Below the pieces are notes generated by a model, which saw only the letters and a list, made by a program, of their open reading frames with translations, was not told where the DNA came from and searched no databases. A DNA stretch of 64,000 nucleotides from Utricularia gibba (lineage: Eukaryota > Plantae > Magnoliophyta). Location: the NCBI GenBank assembly GCA_002189035.1, contig NEEC01000004.1:1550001-1614000 (forward strand), read 5' to 3'. Below, piece after piece: positions 53,401-64,000 of this stretch (within the stretch, counting starts at the first letter, position 1; each line of letters begins with the position of its first letter). Made by a program: the position numbers and the translations under genes.

Positions 53401-56400
53401 GGGGTACAGACGCATGCATCAGCATTTTCACCTATCATAAATCCCAATCATCAACTTTTTTGTGCATAAAATTTTTTAAGCCAGACATCGAACATGAAGA
53501 GAAATAAAATAACGTCAGTGTAATGCACGTGCTACAAGAGAACAAATTTTCAATGTACCGGCCATCCATAGCATCCAGGGCAATTATCCCAAATCTATCA
53601 ACAAACTCATGGAAAGTCTTGCGTGTTGGGTACCCAGCCAAACTTATACGCACAGCCTCCAAAACACCCTGCAATAATTATTCATGGAATATAAACAACT
53701 CATGCACAGAAAACCCACAACAGCAAAGGGGTGATAGTCATACTCAAGAGAAGTAAAGGCACTAAATCAAACCAATTTAAAAGCCATAGCAAGCCTTTTT
53801 TACTGATTTACTTGTGAATCAGTTGAACTCAGGAGTCATAATAACAGAATTAATGCACAATCACAAACAGAAAAAGAGTAGCCTAGATAAGGTAACTTGT
53901 TCTGACCCCACAACGCAACTGGTGAAGGATGCTTGGGCTTTCAAAACTCTGAGGCTTATTAAGAGAGTTTGGTTTCACGCATCGAATGTAATGAGGTTCT
54001 GTTGAGCTGAGTGTATCCATTAGTGCTTGGACTTGTTGCTGCAGCCCACCAAAACGAAAAGATGAAAATTAGCATTGTAGTAAGATCTGTAAAAAAAACA
54101 AATAAACGGCAAATACTACAGGAGAAGACAATGCTATAGGATCAGCTTAAAAGAGAAGCTCAAACAAGTTCAAAATTAGAAAAACTACATACCTTAAACC
54201 GAGAGGCCACAGAAGAAAACTTGTAAGATGATCTAAATGACTCTTCTGACTGATAGGGAAAGAGGCTACGCAAAAAGGTGCATCTGGAAGAAGCCAATAA
54301 GTTGCAATGTTCATTCACTACATAATCACGATTTTTATCTAAAAATGTCTCTGACTGGTAGTTCACCTGATGCAGAAACAATAAAAGAGCATGTGAAAGT
54401 TACTAATAATTGTAAAAAAAAATTAGAAATTTTTTTTCAGAGGGTTCGTAATAATGATTAAACCTTGCCAGCATAATGAGAAATAATGAAATCTGTTTCA
54501 GAAAACTTTGCTTTCTGCAATCGTGGATGGGATCGAAAATTCCGGAAGATCTTATTTGAGAAGGTTTCATGTGTTGATTTTGGGAACATGCTACATTAAA
54601 GAAAAAGTAAAAAAAAAAATCAGAATCCATATATCAAAAAATGATGAACTCAAACAACTGGACAGAACTTCCATATACCATGCTTCATCCAGGAGACCGA
54701 TTATTCCAATAGGTTTCTGCAAAGTATGGGAGTAATACATCACATAATTGGGTAAAATTGGAAATATTGAAACAGAGAAAAAAAACTAGTTCCACACGGT
54801 TTTTCGAACAACAGTACATTTTCTATGCAGAAAATAAAGGTAACCATATTGGACAAATACTGAACCAAACGAAGATACCTTTTCTATCAAGTCCAAAACA
54901 TCCTGATTGTCAATAAATTCAATATAACTCCAAGAGATCTCTTCTCTTTGATACTCCTCCTGCTCCATCTTGAACACATGCTGCAAATGCAATCCAGTAT
55001 GAAGAGATACTAACTAGAGAAGAGAAGCTTCTACGAAAGACGATTAGCTCAACAAGGTCACCTCATTAAAATGCTGTTGGAGTTTCTCATTTGCGTAATT
55101 GATGCAGAATTGCTCAAAGCTGTTAAATTTTAATTGCAGGAAAAACCAATCAAAGTGAAGTTTATGATAATAAATGTCACCATCAAAGGAAAACTGCCTA
55201 TGAGTAACCCACAATTACAACTTGTCACGTGTTCTAACAAGTAAAATAAATAAAAGTGAACAGGAAGTTAGAAAAAAAAAAGGGTTTTGATGGGACACCT
55301 GTTCATCGTAAAGCATTCAAAGCCATATATATCCAGGACTCCGATTTGCGCCATGGATTTCGGGTCATGTCCAACAGACTTGTTAATCTTGTCAACAAGC
55401 CTGAAAGAATCAGAACATCCACAAATTAGCATCATACTGTTAAATTTATCTAGAAGAGTAAATTGTTCAAGAAAACATAAAAGAACCGCAAACCAGTCAA
55501 AAACCCGAGCGTAAACAGTCTTAGCCAAAGTATCCCGACCAACAACAGCAGCATTGCAGTCTAAAGCCTTGACAATGGGCCCCTCACGAGTTAGAATTGA
55601 GCGCACTGTAAGTGCTGATCGCAGAAAGTTGGCATCACACCTGAGCTAAGACAAAAGGTAAAGATTATTAAAACCATGTTTATGCTGACATCCAATACTA
55701 TCCAGAAGCATATCTGAATTGCATAAAATACTGAGACAAAAAAAGACTAAATTGAAATAAAGGAAAGATAGCAAGGAGACTATGCATGTCATCATTCGGC
55801 CGTTTCATTGGTGATCAAAAAACATTTACTGGTTTATCATAAGTACCTAAAGAGCTCAGCAGCCATCTGCAAATGGAAACTAGAAATTCCATCCTTGATG
55901 ACAGATGAATCATACTCTTTTCCAGGTTCAAATTCCACATTTCCCAAATGTAAAATAGCAGCCAGGGCTCGAAATATTGCTTCCTGCGAAATTACTGTGG
56001 TAAATGAGCAAGCCTTCAAAAAAAAAAAAAGAATTTCAATAGAAATAACAAATTGTATTATCAACCTGTTCATCCTTACTAATCCCAACAATATCCATGG
56101 CTCGTCTAGTCTTAGCATATTCTTCAGCATTGTTTACACCTTCTAACTCATAGACGCTACTCTGGTTCAAGTAATGAAAGTTACTTGGATGGTCAAGCTT
56201 GTACTTCGCTGCATCCTGAGCGACAGAAAAAAATCATCAAATAAAAACGCAGATCGCAGAAAAAACAACAATTCAATGATACCCAAGAAGTAAAAGCACT
56301 CAGCCAATTAAAGAATTCTCTGAATCATCATGAATACCGCGCCAGATGCACAAAGTTGATAAAAACAGTGGTAGTTTCTCTCTGGATCTGCTATTTGGAC

Positions 56401-57786
56401 AACACGAGATCGCTCAAGAAGGTATGTCCGAATTGAAGCTCCTGAAATTCTTCCATTTGAATCAAATTGTATCTCTACAAACTTTCCAAAGCGGCTGCAA
56501 GAAAATGTAATAGATTAAAATATAGCACCAGAAGCATGTTCTTTTCTGCTTCTAGGAAGAATAGTGTATAATCTTGAATCAATATTAACACATACCAAAG
56601 AACATATCCAACCTACATATTTTTTGAAAATCACACTACCTTGAATTATCGTTCCTGAGTGTTCGTGCATTTCCAAAAGCCTCCAACAGTGGATTCGACT
56701 AAAACCAGAAGTTTGGAAAGTTAGGATAACAATCAAAACACTGAATATATTTCAATTAAACAAGACAGCAATTCCTGATCTTGAATGGAAATGCTACATT
56801 ATAAAAAGAGAAATGAATCATGACGATATCAAAAACTTAGTCCGTACAAGCACCTTCTCCAATCACAACAACAAGACAAAGTAGAGCAACCGAGAAAAAA
56901 GATAAAAATATTACTTCAAGAACTTGCTGTTCAACAGCTCCAGCTTCTGCAGAAGCACGACCACCCACAAAAGTAAGATATTGCATGATCAACTTCGTGG
57001 TCTCAGTTTTTCCCGCCCCACTTTCTCCACTTACGAGAATAGATTGGCTACGCCGCTCACTCATCATGGCCCTAAGGCAATGAAATTACAAACAATGACC
57101 AGATTACAGATTGAAACCATTTTCACCGAAACATAAAAAACTGTGCCATGATGTACACACCTGTAGGACGCATCCGCCACAGCAAAGACATGTGGACTCA
57201 ACTCACCAAATGGAGCCCCTTTATACTGGCTCATCATATGCATGTCATATAGATGAGGAAGCTTGGCGAATGGGTTAACGGCGATTAAAATACTGCCTGT
57301 GTACGTCTGGATTATCATAAAGAGCATAAGAATCAGAACTATTAACAATATCAGCATCTCTACTTTTTTGAATCCAGTTGGTTGATATAATTGCTGCACT
57401 CACGTAAATCTCATTAAGCGCGTATCGTCTTTTGAGATTGTCCAGAACGCTAGGCTCATTCAAATACGTCAACTTGATCATGTCATCTTCCCCTCCTAGG
57501 TCTGTCTCCCCATCACGCTGCTCCAGTTTATCAGGCACTGCCAATACCTGCTCAAAAACAGAATGCAGTTAAACTTCCCAGAAAAAACAATGAGGTAAAA
57601 ACAAACACAAAACCGTAAATTCTTTTACAAAATATCAAAAAATGTGATAAATTGCAGATGAATGACCTTTCTTCCAGACGAAGTGAGGACTTGAACTTGT
57701 TTGCCGACAAAATCAATAACCTCAGCGGCAATCCATTGTGAAGGCTTCTCTTCCAACCAGACTTTGGAACCCTTTCGCAGGGCCAT
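47458..57786 (-). CDS. XI-I: Class XI myosin (motor, IQ repeats, coiled coil, DIL domain), most similar to XI-I
   Basis: [19 protein letters not shown]-loop, [40 protein letters not shown] motifs, [37 protein letters not shown]. Confidence 0.93.
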
Positions 57787-58285
57787 GATTCAGCAATTTT
57801 TCAGACTCCCTTGCTGTTGAGTAGGAATTCAGGTACCGGGAAGAAAAGATTCCAACATGAAGTTGTTGTTGAAGGGAACTCCAATCTCCCTCCGCCCAGA
57901 AACCAAAACTTTTCTGCTTCCCGCCGATTCGATAGTTTCTTCCAAGTGATAAAGAGAGAGAAAACAAAAAAAAAAAAAAACCTCTGAACAATCAATCGGT
58001 AAGCCTCTTTCAAAATTCAAACTGGTGAGCAATAAATTCAAATTTCCTTTCTTTTTACTTTATTCGAATAAATAAGATATATATTTGATCACAGAAAAAT
58101 CTCATACCAGAATTTCATATCCATATTCTTTTTAATACTTTTAACTTGAGATTCAGTCAAATTAAAATTAAGCAACAATATTCTCCCCAATGTTTCAAAT
58201 GGTAAAAAAAATATCATAAACTTTTTAACCAACGATTTCAACTTAAATCAATTCAATTGTAATTCTATCAAATTTATCTAGATCC

Positions 58286-58942
58286 TCGGACTGTAAAGGA
58301 GTCGAGCCGACTCGATCTCTACTCAACTACAGCTCTGCTCGATCGAGCTAGAGTTTAGTATTCCAAAGCTAGAGTCTCACGAGCTAGCTCATGAGCTTTT
58401 TTATAAAAAAAATGTCTAATAATCTAAAATTAATTAAAATATTATCAAATAAATATATTTGATATGAAAAATGAATTATACATAAATATATCATATATTT
58501 TATTGTTTAAGAAATTCAATCAATTCCTATATTTAAAAATAATTTAATAATATAAAATTGAATATCAATTATATATATATTAGTGAAAATGAATATATGA
58601 TATATATGTTGTATGTCATATACATTTTCATTTTTTATAGGTAATTGGAATTTGCAATGTAACTAGGCAATAATGATCAAAAGTATTTTTTTTGTTTTTT
58701 AAAAAAGATTTGAACTATCATTTAAATTTGAACATTGTAGTAATATTATTTAATTAAACATTTTTTGTGGTTTGCTTATATGTTGATTGTATTTTATCTT
58801 TAAGCAATTATAATTAAAATATTATTTTATAAACTAATTTTGAATTAAAAACTATACAAAGGAAAAAATTTATAAAAAATTTGAATTCGAGTTCAACCTC
58901 GAAATTTTCTGGAAACCTCCGCTGGACTTGTTTGCAATCTTA
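58286..58942. mobile_element. Old non-autonomous hAT-type element (657 bp) upstream of myosin XI
   Basis: Perfect 8-bp TSD CTAGATCC at 58278-58285 and 58943-58950; degenerate TIRs TCGGACTGTAAAGGAG / CTTGTTTGCAATCTTA (10/16 match); GAGC/GCTC-rich subterminal motifs; AT-rich core. Confidence 0.75.
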
Positions 58943-59364
58943 CTAGATCCTTATCATACACACTTCGTAATCCAAAATAATTCAACTATAATTTATTAAA
59001 CATTGATTCTCATACTTACAATTTAAACATAGCAACATGTGTTCTTTAATTCTATATATTACACTTCCCATACATGATAATTGATCCAAGATTCAGACTG
59101 CATATCATCATAGCAATTTAATTGATCCAATCTAGAAGTAGAGAGCAGATCAAATCTTCCTTCTTTGGCTACTAATTTTTGTTAATGAAATCATTACCCT
59201 ATCCAATCATCTATCTTATTTTTATTAATGAGACCGTCCGTTCATTTATTACCAGCTGACCACATAGAGCACTTGGGGGCTGCCCTGGCGTAGGTAAGCC
59301 CTCAAATGCTCGGATACCCTTTTCACCTACACGTTAGTTGATAGCATAGGATGATGCGCTGTGG

Positions 59365-59618
59365 AGGGATGGACCACATCTTGAACTTGCACAGTGGAGA
59401 TGACAAGTGAATGAGTGGTTGATGATACTGAAAATGGCTGACACTCATCCAAAAGATTGAAAGGGATGGACCACATCTTGAACTTCAGCAATTATAGACA
59501 TGCACAATAGGGAATGAGTAGTTGATGGGAAGTTGATGCTCCATCTCTCCTATGGTGGCCCATGGACAATTAACATGGGTGTTTGGGTGATCTATGGACA
59601 ATGGGAATGACTCGGTTG
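59365..59618. repeat. Degenerate ~97-bp tandem repeat downstream of HMA8, containing an exact 24-nt duplicate
   Basis: AGGGATGGACCACATCTTGAACTT at 59365 and 59462; GAATGAGT(G/A)GTTGATG at 59409 and 59512; weaker third copy near 59600. Confidence 0.8.
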
Positions 59619-59703
59619 CCTTCTAACATGGATGAACCTTGGAACTGTGCTTTCTACATGTATCATACAAAAGAATCTCTATGTATATATGCCTTGAGGT
59701 ACT

Positions 59704-62700
59704 TCAGTTTTCAGATGCGGACCTGGAAAGCGTGCCTTCTTCGTTCGGCCTCTCTTTTCTTCTAGAGCCATGAAACTGTAGAAGTAAGGAGTTGGTAACT
59801 ACGAAGATTGAGCTCAAGGCCATCAACCCGCCTGTCAAACACAACAATCGCATCTCTGAAGCCTATGCAACTTTTTGCTGGAAATTACAACTTGCTAGTG
59901 AGGATGAATGCAGAATATTCACCTGAAATGGAGGGCGTCATTGCGAAGTCGAAAGAGGGAAGAGCTGCCCCAGCTGCCAGAGGGATTGCGATGACATTGT
60001 ACACGATCGCCCATGCCAGGTTTTGGCGGACCTTTTCCATGGTGGCCCTCGCAAGGTCGATTGCTTCTATTACCTGCCACAAAGGTTCTACATTCTCAGC
60101 ACGTGAAACGGGCACATGAACCTATTCACTCATGATGACACAATAGGCAAATATGAAATAATGATTTTTTACGAAAGTGAAACAACTCCATTTGCAAGTT
60201 AGAAGTTTCATGATGGTGAAATTATCCATTGTGGAGCTCAGTGATGTTCCAATCTCCCGTACTTCTTGTATTTAGGTTTATCCCAAGTTGACATCATAAA
60301 AAGATATGAATTACTAGTAATTAGCATAACTTTTCTACGTAGAGGATAAGAATGCACACCTGAGAGAGCCTGTTTCCTAAGAGGATTATAGAGGCAGCAT
60401 TTGACGCAGCATTTTCGTGACCTTCCGTTCGCAAGGCAATCCCAACATCAGCGAGAGCAAGAGAAGGCGCATCATTAATACCATCCCCGACCTTTCGAAA
60501 AACACAATTTCAGTTTGGCAGTCAGATTCTTCACCAAAGCAAGTCATTTTTTCAACCTTACAAGAATGAGAATTGATGAGACTATGGTATGCAAAGCAAC
60601 TTAGACCATTAACTTCATCTATGAAAGCCATGATATACATACTCCGCAACTCATAAATGCTTACCATAGCAACACGATGACCAGATTCTTTTAGCCTTGA
60701 TATGACGTCCGATTTTTGTTGTGGGCTTAGAGAGCAATAAGTGAACTCCGAATCAACCCCCACGCTCTTTGCCACAGCTGCAACTGCTACTTTCCTATCC
60801 CCAGATAGGATGATTGTACGAATTCCCATCTTCTCCAGCCTTGAAAGATGTTCGGAAGCAGTAACAAATTACACAGAGGATAATAAAACAAGGCAAATAA
60901 TCTTGATGCTCAAAAGCAGGTTCATATTATTTGTCTGTCATGCTAATTATAAGCAGTTAAACATATTACCTGGTTATTGTATGTTTTGCATCTTCTCTGA
61001 GATTGTCGGACAATGCAATAGCTCCAATGATGCCTTTCCCTTCCTTACCAACATAAACAACAGACCTTGAATGATCAGACGACAGCACACCAGACAAGGA
61101 CTGATACTCGACTGACATATCCAATCTCTTAATATCATACGGACTTGTAGTATGTTGGAAGCGCTCACGAACCCAGTTTAATTTTCCAACAGCAACTAGA
61201 AGTCCATCAACTTCAGCCAAGGTACCAGAACCTGGCTCAGTCAATTGCCTCCTGGTTTTAGGAATGTCCAGATTCAATGATTCAGCTTTAGCAATAATTG
61301 ACTTTGCAAGTGGATGCAATGTTGTTTGTTCAACAGCAGCTGCAAGCCGAAGAACCTCCAATTCTTCAGAATCGAGAGATGCAACAGCTGATACTGTAGG
61401 CCTTCCTTCCGTAAGTGTACCTGTCTGGATACTGAGAGTTTTAACATCTCGTACATCTATTGTCACGAGTCTCACTGTCATGATAGATAATAACTAAAAT
61501 AGAAGTTTACCAGCTTTGTAACACACAAGGACATAGATTACCTTATCCAAAGTGATATGATCTATCCCAGAAAGTCTTTCTAGTACATCTCCTCCTCGTA
61601 TTAGAAGGCCTCTTTTTGCTCCTGGTGTTAAAGAATGAAAAAAAAATATTATTTAGAAATAACAGAATGTCACCGAATTAAGCATTGTTAGATCCAGGTC
61701 GTAGAGAGATTTCCACATCAAAAAAATTAAATAAGAAAGACTATCAGTTTCAGGAGAGTGCATGCGAAAACCACAAGGATACTCCAGAAGTATCAAAGAA
61801 AGGATGGGGAACAGACGGTTGTGAAAGATTACCAAGAGAGGTGCCCACTAGAATGGCAGTTGGAGTTGCAAGGCCCAGAGCACAGGGGCAGGAAACCACC
61901 TGTATGAGAATGCCTTATAGACAACTGTGGCATGCATTCATATAACAGAGCAAATCGTTTACCACAATGTGGGTCGACCCTATGGATTATATGACCAATA
62001 TTTCCGAAGATAGTTTTTGTCTTGAATCATTTTCTTTTCATATTTGTTTATATGCAAATTATAACCACCATAGATTCCCAGAAGCAAGCCTTTAAACAAT
62101 CTATCCTAACCGATATAAGCAAAGAAAACAAGCATGCTCGTTCATACAACTACCTACCAAAACGTCAACAGCAAGCTTCATGCTAAGAAGGAGAGTATTT
62201 CCATCTGGACCCGCTATATCATTAAGCAATACTGAAGGAAATATATTAGCTCCAATATAGTACCTGATTAAAAATGGGAAACAAAAAAATAGGTCAGCAT
62301 TTGCACAGGTAATATAGGCATATGATAAAATCAGTGCGTGAACATGGCAGTACCAATAAGAAGATAGTTAAAATTACCAGAAACCAAATGTTGCTGCTGA
62401 CAATGCCATCACACTATACACAAAATGACCGGCAATTGAATCCGCAAGCCTTTGAATAGGTGCTTCACGTCCCTGTGCATCCTCAATCTATCATGAAAAG
62501 GAATGAGAATTCATATAGGTGGCAGCCAGATTTTTGCATCCAATACTTTATGTAGTGATACAATATGATATACCATATTAACAATCTTGGATATGGTTGA
62601 ATTGGAACCAGTGCAAGATGCCTCAATCCTTAAAGGACCATCCTAGAGAAATAAAAAGTACCTATTCAAAGACTTATCCAGGACAAAGTTATGCTGATGT

Positions 62701-64000
62701 TCTCACCCAGTTAAATGTTACTGCTGAAACAGAAAGGTCTTTCACTTTGAAAACAGGAAGTGATTCACCAGTCAGCATTGATTCACAAAAAGACTTATCC
62801 AGGACAATGTCATGCGAGTGTTCTTACCCAGTTAACTGTCCCTGCCGAAACAGTAAGGCCTTTCTCTTTGAAAACAGGAAGTGATTCACCAGTAAGCATT
62901 GATTCATCAACCACACTTCTTCCTGCCAGAACTTTTCCCTAAATAGCATTGACCGTGTCAATAGTCTCCAGAATCACATATCCACTTTTATTATTTAATT
63001 TTAATTTTTTTTAATGAAAATGGACTACAATTGAAGCATCAGTTCTTTTTCATTAACATGACCTGGCAGGGATGTGTTCAAGCTGCAAACAGAGTTCAAA
63101 AAGAAAATGACTTACATCTACAGGTATTGTTTCTCCCGGCAGAACCAAGACTGAGTCACCAATTCGAATATTATCAGTAGAAACTTCAACACACATGGCA
63201 TCAGAGCAAAGTACACTGTCTGAACTAAATTCACTTCCAGATGGACCAACCACAAGCCTTGATTTAGTGGATAAAAGCGACTGCAGGGTAACCCAATCAA
63301 CATTTTAAGGAAATTGTCATACAAACTCAGCATGGAGTTGAAATTACCCTACATAATGGAAATAACACACATTTCGAAGAAGTTAAGCATATTTGCCTAC
63401 CACAATATTCTATCTACAAAAACCATAGAAGCTTCACATTTGCAGGCACTAATTCCTTAGATTGTGATGATGAGCAAAAATTCCCATGCTAGAAAATTCC
63501 ACAAGTAGTGAAGAACATTGAAAACTTCCAAGTTCTTTGGAGGTGCTGAAAAACTTACTAATAGCTCATTCATGTCACTGGAAGCCTGAATTCTAACTCT
63601 CTCTTCTAGTGATCTTCCAAGCAGGATAAAACCAAGAAGCATGACCTGCATGCTAGAATGACTTAATGTTATTGACCCGAGAACAAAGAACCCAATAACC
63701 AAATAAGTTTGACTGCGTAATTCATGATTATATACAGCAGCTTAAATGCCATCGATACAAAATTAATTTTGTTTCAATAAAAACAAATCAACTCATACCG
63801 GTTCATCAAAAAATACAGCATTCCATTGAAGCTCTGGATTTAGAAGGGATACCTTCATTAATAATAGCAATGTTCAATCAGAATCAATCTGAAACCAAAA
63901 ATGCGTCAAAATCAGGAATAAATGTGAGAAAATAGCATTCAGCTCACCATACTTATTGCAAATGCAGCAATAGCTCCAAAGCCAACAAGAGAATTCATGT
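59704..64000 (-). CDS. PAA2: Chloroplast P1B-type copper-transporting ATPase, 3' part; continues beyond window end
   Basis: [60 protein letters not shown] (HMA8-type), [17 protein letters not shown]; stop at 59704-59706. Confidence 0.95.
62668..62906 (-). repeat. 121-bp tandem duplication of the 3' end of an HMA8 exon plus its donor site
   Basis: Units start at 62668 and 62789. Functional copy encodes [26 protein letters not shown]|GTAAG; intronic copy encodes [26 protein letters not shown]|GTGAG. Confidence 0.92.

Noticed and set aside
59372-59485. CCACATCTTGAACTT resembles miR396 (with a 4-nt gap) and also the snRNA USE element
   Set aside because: Pairing would loop out miRNA positions 8-11, which fits neither a target nor a mimic; no correctly spaced TATA or snRNA follows.
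61770-61790. GTATCCTT U12-like donor in HMA8
   Set aside because: Internal to an intron whose GTAATC donor gives the correct GTSL-GAKRG junction.

Overview
Gene-dense plant (eudicot-type) nuclear DNA: 20 protein-coding genes in 64 kb, two of them cut by the window edges, with mostly 65-100 nt GT-AG introns and sharply bounded AT-rich intergenic islands. The compaction suggests a miniature genome such as Utricularia/Genlisea, but that is inference only. Gene order: Rossmann-fold plastid protein (-), m6A writer MTA (-), DUF760 (-), SKL2 (-), DODA/LigB (+), fibrillin FBN2 (+), SAC phosphatase (-), UTP6 (-), AVT6 transporter (-), Ser-rich protein (-), organellar CysRS (-), MOSC/mARC (+), PX-domain EREX-like (+), ANTH clathrin adaptor (-), KIX-like (+), RPS4 (-), unknown membrane protein (+), GH9 endoglucanase (+), myosin XI (-), Cu-ATPase PAA2/HMA8 (-). 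Signals not shown by the ORF track: an intronic box C/D snoRNA in RPS4 with a 15-nt guide to 5.8S rRNA; a U12-type intron in SAC; two non-autonomous hAT-type elements with 8-bp TSDs; an as-1-like element at DODA; a 121-bp tandem duplication in HMA8 creating a pseudo-exon of the TGES motif; four stop-free 3n introns in the GH9 gene; and four single-base deletions in or beside G/C runs that frameshift three genes (probably assembly errors). I found no convincing wholly new biological system. Family names and Arabidopsis comparisons are from recall, not database searches. CDS coordinates are gene spans including introns.
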